From an uncultured Ruminococcus sp. (GTDB lineage: Bacteria > Bacillota > Clostridia > Oscillospirales > CAG-272), in contig CADAXH010000001.1 in the NCBI GenBank assembly GCA_902791785.1, positions 1 to 39,222 of the forward strand: a stretch of 39,222 bases of DNA. Reading direction: 5' to 3'. A program made the position numbers and the translations under genes. The notes under the pieces were generated by a model. The model was not told the DNA's origin. It did no database searches and worked only from the letters and a program-made list of their open reading frames with translations. Positions 16,347 to 25,524 of this stretch are shown piece by piece; positions within the stretch are counted from its first letter, which is position 1; every line of letters begins with the position of its first letter.

Positions 16347-16847
16347 TTAGTTCTGGTCAATATAATAGACACGCATAGTTATATTTTTGTCCATAATTAC
16401 TACTACTGCAGGAATCTTTGCCTGTTTACCAGGAATTGTAGGAGAAACGATTGATACTTTTGTTCCCTCTACATATCTCATTCTGTACATAGGAGCAACT
16501 TGGTGGCCGTCAGTGTTGTCTAAATACTGAATTGTAAGCCAATAATACTCTGGTTCTTTTTCTTCGGTTGTTGTTTCTTCTGATGTAACTTCCTCAGTTG
16601 TTGTTTCTTCGGTCGTTGTTTCTTCAGTTGTTGTTTCTTCAGTTGTTGTCTTTTCTGTTGTAGTTACTTTTTCAGTAGTTGTTGTTACTTCAGTTGTTAC
16701 TACAGTTGTAACATCCTCTTTTGTAGTTGTTTCAACAGTTGTTGTTTCAGTTGTAACATCCTGTTTGTTTCCGTTGCAGGAAACGACAACCAATACAACA
16801 AGACATACTGCCATAACCAAAGCGAATACCTTAACAATTGACTTCAT
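16347..16847 (-). CDS. Lipoprotein with a Thr/Glu-rich stalk and a small MucBP-like C-terminal domain
   Basis: Start set at MKSIVKVFALVMAVCLVVLVVVS-C (lipobox) behind RBS AAGGAG. T/E stalk at residues about 31-97. The C-terminal 65 aa (YWLTIQYLDNTDGHQVAP...ITMRVYY) resembles a MucBP-type beta module (resemblance only). Confidence 0.75.
   Translation of the reverse strand: MKSIVKVFALVMAVCLVVLVVVSCNGNKQDVTTETTTVETTTKEDVTTVVTTEVTTTTEKVTTTEKTTTEETTTEETTTEETTTEEVTSEETTTEEKEPEYYWLTIQYLDNTDGHQVAPMYRMRYVEGTKVSIVSPTIPGKQAKIPAVVVIMDKNITMRVYYIDQN
16557..16757 (-). repeat. Tandem 15-nt coding repeat (TTTEE units) within the Thr/Glu stalk
   Basis: + strand units TTCCTCAGTTGTTGT / TTCTTCGGTCGTTGT / TTCTTCAGTTGTTGT (x2) at about 16590-16650 encode TTTEE x4. 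Flanked by degenerate copies. Confidence 0.75.
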
Positions 16848-16955
16848 TATTAATATCTCCTTAACGTTAATGATTTTGCTTTTGAAACCCAATCTATCTT
16901 CAACCAATCACGAATATGGTGTGAATTTCTTGCGGTCACATATCGATACGTGTAT

Positions 16956-16984
16956 ATTATAATCATAAAGTTTTATAAAAGCAA
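16956..16984 (-). promoter_or_regulatory. Putative sigma-A promoter of the MucBP-like lipoprotein gene
   Basis: On the - strand: TTGCTT (16979-16984), 17-nt spacer, TATAAT (16956-16961). Confidence 0.4.
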
Positions 16985-17023
16985 CAAGAATTTTTATTTT
17001 TTTGCAACTTAATTGCATAATTG

Positions 17024-17053
17024 TTGACTTTTTTGTTTACATAATGATATAAT
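17024..17053 (+). promoter_or_regulatory. Putative sigma-A promoter of the tyrS T-box leader
   Basis: TTGACT (17024-17029), 18-nt spacer, extended -10 TGATATAAT (-10 hexamer 17048-17053). Confidence 0.55.
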
Positions 17054-17059
17054 TCTCGC

Positions 17060-17312
17060 GTCAGCGATGATGAAGAGAGTAAATGCATCTGATGTTTCAG
17101 AGAGTTGCCGGTCGGTGAAAGGCAATAACAGCTGTGCATTGAAGTACACTTCTGAGCTGTGCATTGAAACAACAGTAGGTGCACCGGGGTTGCCCGTTAC
17201 AGCATATGAGTCTTAGACTCAGTGAGGCATTTGCCGCGAGACAAATGCAAAATGAGGTGGTAACACGAGAATTCGTCCTCTGCTCTTTGCAGGGGACATT
17301 TATTATTTTTTT
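17060..17312 (+). promoter_or_regulatory. T-box riboswitch leader, tyrosine-specific
   Basis: Stem I base CAGC (17062-65) / GCTG (17156-59). GA/K-turn TGATGA//TGAG and S-turn AGTA//GAA. Specifier loop GAAG-TAC-A, with the Tyr codon TAC at 17145-17147 followed by a purine. AG bulge AGAGAG and distal loop GGTGAAAG. T-box sequence AAAATGAGGTGGTAACACG (17249-17267), whose UGGU matches an ACCA acceptor end. Terminator GTCCTCTGC / GCAGGGGAC (17275-17297) plus a T-run to 17312. Directly upstream of tyrS. Confidence 0.85.
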
Positions 17313-17327
17313 GAAAGGATTCAGACA

Positions 17328-18557
17328 ATGGACATTTTACAGGAATTCAGAGACAGAGATCTTATAGCGCAGACAACAGATATTGATGCAATTGAAAAAG
17401 CATTTGCAGAAGGTCCTGTCACATTTTATATCGGATTTGACCCGACTGCCGACAGTCTTCATGTCGGTCACTTCCTTCAGATGAAAATCATGTCGCACAT
17501 GCAGAAAGCAGGAAACAAACCGATTGCCCTGTTCGGCGGCGGTACCGGAATGATCGGAGATCCTTCTGGAAAATCTGACATGAGAAAAATGCTGACAAAA
17601 GAAACGATTCAGCACAATGTTGACTGCTTTAAGGTACAGATGGCAAAATTCATTGACACAAGCGATGGAAAAGCAATTTTCGTCAACAATGCAGACTGGC
17701 TTCTCGACCTCAATTACATCGAGTTTTTGAGAGAGGTTGGAATTCACTTCTCCGTCAACAGAATGCTCACTGCTGAATGCTACAAGTCCAGAATGGAAAA
17801 AGGACTCACTTTCCTTGAATTCAACTACATGCTCATGCAGAGTTACGATTTCTACAAGCTCAACGAAATGTACAACTGCAGACTTGAATTCGGCGGAGAC
17901 GACCAGTGGTCCAACATAATCGGAGGCGTTGAACTTCTCAGAAGAAAGAAACAGGTTGACGCATTCGGTATGACATTCAAACTCCTTACAAACAGCGAAG
18001 GCAAGAAGATGGGCAAAACAGAAAAGGGCGCTGTTTGGCTCGATGCCGAGAAGACAACTCCTTATGAGTTCTTCCAGTACTGGAGAAATGTCGGTGACGC
18101 TGATGTAATCAAGTGCATGAAGATGCTTACGTTCATTCCCGTTCCGGAAATCAACGAGTACAAGAAACTTGAAGGGTCATCTGCCATCAATGAGGCAAAA
18201 GAAAAACTCGCTTACGAGCTCACACTGCTCATCCACGGAAAAGAAGAGGCAGACAAAGCGCTTGCCACAGCAAAAGACGTGTTCTCTTCCGGAAAGACCA
18301 GCGAAGATATGCCTACAACAGAAATACCCGAATCAGATCTCACAAACGGACAGATTGGTATTCTTGATCTTCTCACAGCAGGCAAACTCGCAGTATCAAG
18401 AAGCGAAGCCAAGAGACTTATCATGCAGGGCGGCGTAGCTGCTGGGGATGACAAAGTTGAAGACTTTAACCTTGCGATAGATGCAGAAAAGCTTAAAGGC
18501 CAGGGACTGGTTGTAAGAAAAGGCAAGAAAGTATTCCACAGATTCATTGTCAAGTAA
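17328..18557 (+). CDS. tyrS: Tyrosine--tRNA ligase
   Basis: 409 aa. HIGH-type motif (SLHVGHF), KMSKS-type motif (KKMGKT), and a C-terminal S4-like domain. Confidence 0.95.
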   Translation: MDILQEFRDRDLIAQTTDIDAIEKAFAEGPVTFYIGFDPTADSLHVGHFLQMKIMSHMQKAGNKPIALFGGGTGMIGDPSGKSDMRKMLTKETIQHNVDCFKVQMAKFIDTSDGKAIFVNNADWLLDLNYIEFLREVGIHFSVNRMLTAECYKSRMEKGLTFLEFNYMLMQSYDFYKLNEMYNCRLEFGGDDQWSNIIGGVELLRRKKQVDAFGMTFKLLTNSEGKKMGKTEKGAVWLDAEKTTPYEFFQYWRNVGDADVIKCMKMLTFIPVPEINEYKKLEGSSAINEAKEKLAYELTLLIHGKEEADKALATAKDVFSSGKTSEDMPTTEIPESDLTNGQIGILDLLTAGKLAVSRSEAKRLIMQGGVAAGDDKVEDFNLAIDAEKLKGQGLVVRKGKKVFHRFIVK

Positions 18558-18573
18558 AAAACGAAAAAACACA

Positions 18574-18617
18574 GGTGCTGTTTTCACTGCAGTTGCAGTT
18601 AGACAGCACCCTTTTTC
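18574..18617. terminator. Bidirectional intrinsic terminator between convergent tyrS and the clpE-module membrane gene
   Basis: GGTGCTGT (18574-18581) / ACAGCACC (18603-18610) stem with a structured loop. CTTTTTC follows on the + strand and TGTGTTTTTTCGTTTTTT follows on the - strand. Confidence 0.65.
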
Positions 18618-18631
18618 TATCAAGCCATATA

Positions 18632-19606
18632 CTATTCTTTCAAAGATTTGCGGAGAGCAGCAAATTTCGGAGATTTCTGATCAAGTTCTGCAAATGAACT
18701 CTCTGACGGAATATCTTTCATTCCGGATTCCATGAAGTTTCTCAGAACTCCCACGAGAACAAACGGACGGATGAAATTAGAATGGATGAATGCCCAGATT
18801 ATAAGTCCTATCACTGCTGCAATTATGAGCATAAGTGTTGTGGGATTGGTCAGCAGCTCATGTATTTCAATATTTTCACGTGTTGACAATTCTGCAAGTT
18901 CGCTTGCCAGTTTTGCAAAAGAATTAGGCATTGCCTGAAAAATTAGATACGAAATTCCGAAGAATGGACCTCCTACCAGTACGAGAGAAGCAAGTCCCAT
19001 GCCGAATATGCGGCCGACGTTCTTTGCAAAGGATTTTCCGTGTTTGAAGAAAAGAACTGCACCTTCAAGAGTAGCCTTTGCACTGCTTGTATCTTTTCTG
19101 AAGAACACCCAGCCGAGACAGCAGTCGCACATGTATGAAACTATTGTCTGGATAGCACTTGATATGGCTGAACCTACGGCGCCGCCTGTATCTCCGCCTA
19201 TCGCATTGCCAAGTGCAGTAATACCGCGTCCAATCTGATTGAAGATTGCCTTGATCACTTTTGTCACTGCAAATAATGCGGCAACTGTAGCAAATCTTTC
19301 TTTTACTACTTTTTTGCCCTCTTTGTAGACATTGTCCGGAAGCTTGTTTTCAGCTATTCCGTAAGTCATCATGGCAATTTGACCGGCCTTTATTGCATAA
19401 GAAATAAAGTGACCTACAAATGCCGCAATAACTATTCCTACAAACAAACCGATTACCATTCCGAGCATTCCCATGCTGTTCACTTTGTCCATTATGAGGA
19501 ATCCTGCAGTTGCAAGTCCGGCTACCACAGCCAGTGTAATGAGATCGATAAAGAGTTTGTGGATGGAAAAACACAACGTTTTCTTGTACAATTCTTTGTT
19601 GCTCAT
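18632..19606 (-). CDS. Polytopic membrane protein of unknown function
   Basis: 324 aa. At least 5-6 hydrophobic segments, a Gly-rich amphipathic stretch (GNAIGGDTGGAVGSAISSAIQ) and a CDCC motif. RBS AAAGGAG. Last gene of the long - strand array. Confidence 0.7.
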   Translation of the reverse strand: MSNKELYKKTLCFSIHKLFIDLITLAVVAGLATAGFLIMDKVNSMGMLGMVIGLFVGIVIAAFVGHFISYAIKAGQIAMMTYGIAENKLPDNVYKEGKKVVKERFATVAALFAVTKVIKAIFNQIGRGITALGNAIGGDTGGAVGSAISSAIQTIVSYMCDCCLGWVFFRKDTSSAKATLEGAVLFFKHGKSFAKNVGRIFGMGLASLVLVGGPFFGISYLIFQAMPNSFAKLASELAELSTRENIEIHELLTNPTTLMLIIAAVIGLIIWAFIHSNFIRPFVLVGVLRNFMESGMKDIPSESSFAELDQKSPKFAALRKSLKE

Positions 19607-19670
19607 TTGAATAATTACTCCTTTTGGATATTTCTTTATTTTTTCCCGACTGTTCTTGTCAGGTATTCAA

Positions 19671-22019
19671 CTATTTGACATCAACAATCATGTTTTCTCC
19701 GTCGGAGTCAACAATGACTTTTTTAAGTTTTTTCTTGTATCCGGCAATCAGTTTTTCCGCAGCGATGTCCTCAATGTTCTTTGTTATGTACCTGCGCATG
19801 TTTCTTGCGCCGAATTTTGGGGAATAAGACTTCTCTGCTATGCACTCAATTGCTTTATCTGTCCAGGTTATGGTCAGTCCTTTTCCGTCAAGAGCTGTTC
19901 TGAGATCACCCATCATTATTTCAGCAATCTTCTTGAAGTCTTCTTTGTCAAGGGATCTGAATGTGATGATTTCATCGACCCTGTTTATAAATTCCGGTCT
20001 GAGGAATTCGAGAAGGGCCTTCTCTGTTCTGTTTTCGGAAATCTGTTCGGTTGTTGCGCCGAATCCGGTCGAATTCATTCCTGTAGAACTGCCTGCATTT
20101 GTAGTCATGACTATAATACAGTTGTCAAACTTGACTTCAACTCCTCTGGCGTCTGTTACTCTTCCGTCATCCAGAATCTGGAGTAAAATATTCAGGACAT
20201 CGGGATGCGCCTTTTCTATTTCGTCAAACAATACGATTGAATATGGCCTTCTTCTGATTTTCTCAGTCAGCTGTCCGGCATCGTCGTAACCGACATATCC
20301 CGGAGGTGAACCGATAAGTTTTGAAACCGTGTGCTTTTCCATGTACTCGCTCATGTCGAGTCTTATCATGGACTCGGGTGAGCTGAACAAATCGTTTGCA
20401 AGAACTTTCACAAGCTCCGTCTTGCCTATTCCTGTCGGTCCGGCAAAAATGAAAGAAGCCGGTTTTCTCTTATATGAAACGCCTGCCCTGCTGCGCTTGA
20501 TTGCTCTTACAACAGCGTCAACAGCCTTGTCCTGGCCTATAATTCTGGCCTTGAGTCTGTCTGCTAGTCCGTTCAGTCTTTCAAATTCGTTTTCTGTTAT
20601 GGATCCCGCAGGAACACCTGTCCAGACTTCAATTACATGAGCCAGTGCATCCATGCTGAGTTCAATCGTCGACATTTCGACTTTGAGTTTTTCGTACTCT
20701 TCTTCGTTCTTGAGAGTCTCGGATTTCAGTTCCGCAACTTCAGCGTATCTCTTGTTTGTATCCTCTTCTTTTTCGTCCTTTTCGGGCTGTTTTTCTTCGA
20801 GTTCCTTTTCTTTTGCCTTCAGTTCCTCAAGTTTTTTCTCAACCTCCGACACCCTTGAAAGAACAGGAGAATTAAGTGCCACATATGATGCTGCCTCGTC
20901 GAGAAGATCTATGGCCTTATCGGGAAGGTATCTGTCAGTAATGTACCTTTCGGAAAGCTCAACCGCCCTGTCCACTATTTCGTCGGATATGTGAATTCTG
21001 TGATAGTCTTCGTAATATTTCTTTATTCCTTCCAGCATCTGCTTGGCCGTATCGATTGAAGGCTCTTCGACATATATTGGCTGGAAACGTCTTTCGAGAG
21101 CAGTGTCTTTCTCTATGTATTTTCTGTATTCCGAAAGAGTTGTGGTTCCGATTATCTGGATTTCTCCTCTTGAGAGGGCGGGCTTCAGAATGTTTGCGGC
21201 ATTCATGCTTCCTTCAGAGTCGCCTACGCCCACAATACTGTGAACTTCGTCGATTACCAGAATGATATTTCCGAGTGCCTTGACTTCTTCAATGAGTCCC
21301 TTGATTCTGCTTTCAAACTGTCCTCTGAACTGCGTTCCTGCAACCAGGGCTGTAAGGTCAAGCAAATGTATTTCTTTGTCTTTGAGTTTGTACGGAACAT
21401 TGCCTTCCACAATCCTTTGAGCAAGTCCTTCTGCAATTGCAGTCTTTCCTACTCCGGCTTCACCAATCAGACATGGATTGTTTTTCTGTCTTCTTGTGAG
21501 AATCTGCATTGTTCTTTCTACTTCTTTTTCTCTTCCGATAACCGGATCAAGTTTTCCTTCCTTTGCCGCCTGAGAGAGGTCGCGACAATACATGGGGACA
21601 AACTTTCTCTGGATTTGTCTCTTTTCTTTTTTCTGATCCTGATAGTTCTTTCCGTTTCTTCCGAGTCCGTTGTTCTTGTTGTTCTGGTTGTCCTGATTGC
21701 CTTTTGGAACCATATTCTGATTTCCCACCGGACCGAAGTTCATCTGACTCAATATCTTGCCAATGTCAAGAGACGGAGCGTGCGGAGAGTTTTCATCTTC
21801 GTTGCCCGTATTGTCAGAGAGCATTTCTCCCATGCTGTCTTCCATACTCTCAAGGTCATCGTCGGATATCCCGAGTTTCTGTATTATATTGTTTACCTGC
21901 GGAATTCCTATTTCCTTGGCGCACTTCAGGCAGAGACCTTCGTTTTTGGTCTCTCCGTTTTCGATTTTAGTTACAAATATTACCGCCATTCTCTTATGGC
22001 ATCTTGAACATAATTGCAT
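19671..22019 (-). CDS. clpE: ClpE-type class I AAA+ chaperone (two ATPase domains, N-terminal zinc finger)
   Basis: 782 aa. N-terminal C4-x2-C7-x22-C30-x2-C33 replaces the Clp_N repeat domain. D1 Walker A GEAGVGKT and Walker [11 protein letters not shown]-rich coiled-coil middle domain. D2 Walker A GPTGIGKT and Walker [12 protein letters not shown]. Putative ClpP-docking loop NSTGFG. Confidence 0.9.
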   Translation of the reverse strand: MQLCSRCHKRMAVIFVTKIENGETKNEGLCLKCAKEIGIPQVNNIIQKLGISDDDLESMEDSMGEMLSDNTGNEDENSPHAPSLDIGKILSQMNFGPVGNQNMVPKGNQDNQNNKNNGLGRNGKNYQDQKKEKRQIQRKFVPMYCRDLSQAAKEGKLDPVIGREKEVERTMQILTRRQKNNPCLIGEAGVGKTAIAEGLAQRIVEGNVPYKLKDKEIHLLDLTALVAGTQFRGQFESRIKGLIEEVKALGNIILVIDEVHSIVGVGDSEGSMNAANILKPALSRGEIQIIGTTTLSEYRKYIEKDTALERRFQPIYVEEPSIDTAKQMLEGIKKYYEDYHRIHISDEIVDRAVELSERYITDRYLPDKAIDLLDEAASYVALNSPVLSRVSEVEKKLEELKAKEKELEEKQPEKDEKEEDTNKRYAEVAELKSETLKNEEEYEKLKVEMSTIELSMDALAHVIEVWTGVPAGSITENEFERLNGLADRLKARIIGQDKAVDAVVRAIKRSRAGVSYKRKPASFIFAGPTGIGKTELVKVLANDLFSSPESMIRLDMSEYMEKHTVSKLIGSPPGYVGYDDAGQLTEKIRRRPYSIVLFDEIEKAHPDVLNILLQILDDGRVTDARGVEVKFDNCIIVMTTNAGSSTGMNSTGFGATTEQISENRTEKALLEFLRPEFINRVDEIITFRSLDKEDFKKIAEIMMGDLRTALDGKGLTITWTDKAIECIAEKSYSPKFGARNMRRYITKNIEDIAAEKLIAGYKKKLKKVIVDSDGENMIVDVK

Positions 22020-22067
22020 TTTTATATATCCATTTCCGGCACTAAGCCTAATTATTTTCTATTTTCA

Positions 22068-22733
22068 TCACCACGACATTATCCAGTTCATCAACAGTGA
22101 AATCGGGTTAAAGTCCAAAAAGATTTTGTAATAAACCGTATTCAGCATGTCCATACTGAAAGCTTCCGGATATGTGTTTGCCAGCCATGGCAGGATCGCA
22201 CTTGCAAAGAAGTGTGACAGAAGCCAGGTCGACAGCAGTCCTTCGAAAATACCCAGCACTAAGCCTAGTACTTTGTTGACTGAACCAAGCGGGGATTTGT
22301 TTAACAGCCTTGTTATAACAAGCTCGAGTATTTTGATGACAAGCCATACAGAAAAGAATATGACAGCGAAAGCGATAATATACGACAGCGCGTATGCCAT
22401 ATAATTGTTCAGCACCTGGTTTGCTGTAACAGAGGCATCACCCGAATTCTGAAGTGCGCTTCCGATATATTCCAGTATTGTTCTGATCTTGTCCCAGAGG
22501 GTTTCTGCGCCCGAAAAATCAGGCATCTCTATATCTGTAATCATCGACTGAATAAAAGGAAGTTTCCTTATGAGTTCAGCGAAAGCATCACACAACTTGT
22601 ACGCTAGGAAGGCAGATATTATAAACGTGGCGATTCCGGACAGCTGCTTTACAAAGCCTTTTTTCATTCCGACAAGCGCACAGATGACGACTATGATCAG
22701 AAAGATCGTCGGTATTATGAAATTGGAAATCAT
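22068..22733 (-). CDS. cvpA: CvpA-family membrane protein
   Basis: 221 aa. Four or five TM helices. The N-terminus IIPTIFLIIVVICALVGMKKGFVKQL is typical of CvpA-like proteins. ATGA overlap with the upstream gene. Confidence 0.75.
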   Translation of the reverse strand: MISNFIIPTIFLIIVVICALVGMKKGFVKQLSGIATFIISAFLAYKLCDAFAELIRKLPFIQSMITDIEMPDFSGAETLWDKIRTILEYIGSALQNSGDASVTANQVLNNYMAYALSYIIAFAVIFFSVWLVIKILELVITRLLNKSPLGSVNKVLGLVLGIFEGLLSTWLLSHFFASAILPWLANTYPEAFSMDMLNTVYYKIFLDFNPISLLMNWIMSW

Positions 22734-23884
22734 TTATTTGCCTCCTTTTCAAATTTTAACAGATCTGTTTTGTCATCGAAACAAACCATAAGATCTCCCG
22801 AGGAGAGTACAAACATATCCTTTACACCATGTACGTCTTCAGACAAAACGGTGCCGTCTTCAAATGAACAGTAAATCTTACCGGAACACATTACAAATAT
22901 TTTATTGTCGGCCGGGATGCACTTCAATGCTTTTCCCTCACAATTCACAGTATGTTTACTTTTTCCGTCTTTTGTTAACAATTGGATTGTTGTCACTCCA
23001 TTGCTGAATGAGCAGACAAGTATTGCGTCGTCCCCTTCAGTAATTCTCAGGATATCTCCTGAAATCTGTATTTTTGCATTTTCTTTGTTAGATGAATCAA
23101 AAAACCTTATGTATTTGTCCGTGACACAATAAAACGTGTCAGACAGACATCCTACTGCAACGGATATTTCTCCGTTGTATTTTTCTTCCATTAACTGTTT
23201 GCCGCTTCCAATGTCATATATGCAGATCCGGGACGTTCTGAATGCCCCGTCCTGCTCCTGGTAAATCACGGCAAACTTCTTTTCTTTTCTATCAAGTGAA
23301 CAATCATAGATTGATCCCTGAGTCTTTTGTGTCTTAAAAACCGATTTGAAATTTTTGTCGAACACTTCCGAATACATCTCGGAATTCAACGAGTAAACAG
23401 CGGCATATCCTCCGAGTTTTCCTGTCACAATTCTCGCAAGGGACTTGTCTGCAGATGCCGAATATATCTCCGAGTAGTAATTATACAAATGAATATCACC
23501 CGAATTTGTATTGTAGGCACAGAGATATTTGCCTCCGTCGCAAATCTCGTTGCATCCCGTGTCAAATGTTGCAAGCTTTATTCCGTCAAGATTGTAGAAA
23601 TTCAGTATACCCTTCGTGAAGACAACAAGCTGATTGTTGTACATGCTGATTTTTGTATCAGGGGATGAAGAGTACCTCACTCCGCTGTAATCGGCTTCAG
23701 TGAGTTTTGGATTGATTTTCAGGTAGTTTATGAAAGAATCAAAACTGCTTATGGAAATATTCGCTCTTCCTGCGATTGATGCTATTACGGTAAATAAAAT
23801 GAGGACTATGAGGGCGACGTATTTCAGAATGCGGAATAATTTTTCGCGCTTTGAATAATAACCGGTTTTCTGTTCGATATCCAA
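22730..23884 (-). CDS. Single-pass membrane protein with a beta-propeller-like ectodomain (possibly DUF5711-like; unverified)
   Basis: 384 aa. TTG start behind RBS GGGGGGTG. N-terminal TM (YVALIVLILFTVIASIAG). About seven reiterated beta-strand-rich blades (e.g. QLVVFTKGILNFYNLDG, KFAVIYQEQDG...ICIYDIGSG, KIFVMCSGKIYCSFEDG). Confidence 0.7.
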   Translation of the reverse strand: MDIEQKTGYYSKREKLFRILKYVALIVLILFTVIASIAGRANISISSFDSFINYLKINPKLTEADYSGVRYSSSPDTKISMYNNQLVVFTKGILNFYNLDGIKLATFDTGCNEICDGGKYLCAYNTNSGDIHLYNYYSEIYSASADKSLARIVTGKLGGYAAVYSLNSEMYSEVFDKNFKSVFKTQKTQGSIYDCSLDRKEKKFAVIYQEQDGAFRTSRICIYDIGSGKQLMEEKYNGEISVAVGCLSDTFYCVTDKYIRFFDSSNKENAKIQISGDILRITEGDDAILVCSFSNGVTTIQLLTKDGKSKHTVNCEGKALKCIPADNKIFVMCSGKIYCSFEDGTVLSEDVHGVKDMFVLSSGDLMVCFDDKTDLLKFEKEANK

Positions 23885-23911
23885 TTATTTCACCCCCCCT
23901 TTTCTGTTGTT

Positions 23912-24682
23912 CTACAGAATATTCTCTTTGAGATAATCCCCGTCAAGAAATACTTCGTCAAGAAACAGCCCGCATCCCGGAAGTGTTCTTCCCGCAGTTT
24001 TCCTGTCGCGGCTGTCAAGAATTGAAGTTAAGTCGTCAAGACTTATTTTTCCTTCCGACATTTCAATCAGTGTCCCGCAGATAATCCGGACCATGTTGTA
24101 CAAAAAACCGTCAGCGGCTACGCGGATCCTGACCAGTTCTCCTTCCCTTGTGACTCTACACTCGGATATGTTTCTTACGGTATTCTCTATTTCGCTTCCC
24201 GAGGCCATAAAAGATTTGAAATCATGTCTTCCGACTATAATCTCAGCTCCTTTGTTCATCAGTTCAGCATTAATGTTTCTCGGGTAGAAGAAAGCTCTGT
24301 CAAAAGTGAACGGATCCGGAGTCTTTGAGTTGTTGATGACATATTCATACCTTTTGCCTATAACGGCTCTTTTGATTCTGAAACCGTCTTTTACGGCCCA
24401 GGTCTGCTTTACGCATATGTCGTCCGGCAAAAAAGTATTCATTGCCTTTGTCATGTTGTCATTTGCAATTACAGGACAGCCATCTGACTGAATACATACG
24501 TAATACTCTCTTGCATGAACTCCCGCGTCTGTTCTGCTGCATCCGGAAGAAATAATGTTGTCTCTGTTCAGCACAGAGCGTGCAGCTTTTTCAAGTTCGC
24601 CCTGAACAGTTGCATTGTTTGGCTGTATCTGGAATCCGCAGTATGAGGTTCCGAGATATGCAATTTTTATCAGGTACTTCAT
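23912..24682 (-). CDS. truA: tRNA pseudouridine(38-40) synthase
   Basis: Start set at MKYLIKIAYLGTSYCGFQIQ (canonical TruA N-terminus), forming an ATGA overlap with the ecfT stop. Catalytic motif GCSRTDAGVHA. The 48-codon extension in the ORF track overlaps ecfT and is rejected. Confidence 0.92.
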   Translation of the reverse strand: MKYLIKIAYLGTSYCGFQIQPNNATVQGELEKAARSVLNRDNIISSGCSRTDAGVHAREYYVCIQSDGCPVIANDNMTKAMNTFLPDDICVKQTWAVKDGFRIKRAVIGKRYEYVINNSKTPDPFTFDRAFFYPRNINAELMNKGAEIIVGRHDFKSFMASGSEIENTVRNISECRVTREGELVRIRVAADGFLYNMVRIICGTLIEMSEGKISLDDLTSILDSRDRKTAGRTLPGCGLFLDEVFLDGDYLKENIL

Positions 24683-25524
24683 ACTACGAAAAACGGCAGA
24701 TAGGTGTTGATGAGAATGTTGACCGCTATCATCGATCCTACAAGGACAAACCACAGAAAATCCGTAAACCTGAATTTCAGTTTTGTCATCTTTGTTCTGC
24801 CTTCTCCTCCTCTGTAGCATCTGCATTCCATTGCTATTGCAAGTTCATCCGCTCTTCTGAACGAAGACACGAACAAAGGTATGAGAATAGGAATCAGTGC
24901 CTTGATTCTTTTGAAAAGACTGCCTGAAGAAAAATCCGATCCCCTGGCCTTCTGTGCAGACATTATTTTGTCTGTCTCTTCTATTATCGTTGGAATAAAC
25001 CTCATGGCAATCGTCATCATCATTGAAAATTCATGCACGGGCAGGTGGATTTTTCCGAGCGGAGCAAGCATCTGCTCAAGTCCGTCCGTCAAAGCAATTG
25101 GCGAAGTCGTATATGTCAGAATGACACTTGTTCCGATAATTATGCATGCAATTCTGGTGAGCATATAAATAGCGGAAATAATGCCTTCCAAGTATATCCT
25201 GATTACCCAGAAAGATACAAGCAGTGTTGCCGAATCATTTTTGGGCTGATACCAGAAAACATTTATTATGCCTGTTATGATCACAATGAATATCAGTGGT
25301 TTAAGGCTCTTCAATATCGTTTTTATCGGTATTTTCGAAAAAACAATCAACAGTATTGCAGTGAGAAGAATAAAGCCGTATGCCACAGCGGATTTGGCAA
25401 AGAAAACTGCCACTATGTAGACAATGGCTGTTATGAGTTTCATTCTCGGATCAATCTTGTGAATTGGAGAGTCGAGCGGAAAATACTGTCCCAGCGTGAT
25501 GTCTCTAAGCACCCTGATCACCAC
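24679..25524 (-). CDS. ecfT: ECF transporter transmembrane (T) component
   Basis: 281 aa, CbiQ/EcfT-like. N-terminal LGQYFPLDSPIHKIDPRMK and the coupling-helix Ala-Arg-Gly motif (AQKARGSDF). Follows two ECF ATPase genes. Confidence 0.9.
   Translation of the reverse strand: MVIRVLRDITLGQYFPLDSPIHKIDPRMKLITAIVYIVAVFFAKSAVAYGFILLTAILLIVFSKIPIKTILKSLKPLIFIVIITGIINVFWYQPKNDSATLLVSFWVIRIYLEGIISAIYMLTRIACIIIGTSVILTYTTSPIALTDGLEQMLAPLGKIHLPVHEFSMMMTIAMRFIPTIIEETDKIMSAQKARGSDFSSGSLFKRIKALIPILIPLFVSSFRRADELAIAMECRCYRGGEGRTKMTKLKFRFTDFLWFVLVGSMIAVNILINTYLPFFVV

Noticed and set aside
19607-19670. Hairpin CCTGAC-N7-GTCGGG between clpE and the downstream membrane gene, as a possible terminator.
   Set aside because: On the transcribed (-) strand the stem is followed by an A-run, not a U-tract, and it contains a mismatch. 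It is not a credible intrinsic terminator.
21240-22007. 255-aa ORF on the + strand antisense to clpE. Similar long antisense ORFs occur at 12364-12942, 35089-35688, 26627-27193, 8327-8920 and 19656-20186.
   Set aside because: Each lies entirely inside a strongly supported gene on the other strand. They have low-complexity or Ser/Cys/Phe-rich translations, no RBS and no recognisable motifs. These are typical shadow ORFs.
22020-22067. Search for CtsR heptad repeats (GGTCAAA) or CIRCE (TTAGCACTC-N9-GAGTGCTAA) upstream of the ClpE-type gene.
   Set aside because: No match or near match is visible in the 48-nt gap or upstream of the preceding genes. This is reported as an absence, not a feature.
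24683-24826. N-terminal extensions in the ORF track: truA +48 codons, rpsB +13 (6395-6433), dusB +23 (34796-34864), MucBP-like lipoprotein +20 (16848-16907), tlyA +14, pilin +16.
   Set aside because: The extensions overlap upstream genes, promoters or leaders and lack an RBS. In every case an internal ATG with a good Shine-Dalgarno sequence gives the canonical family N-terminus.
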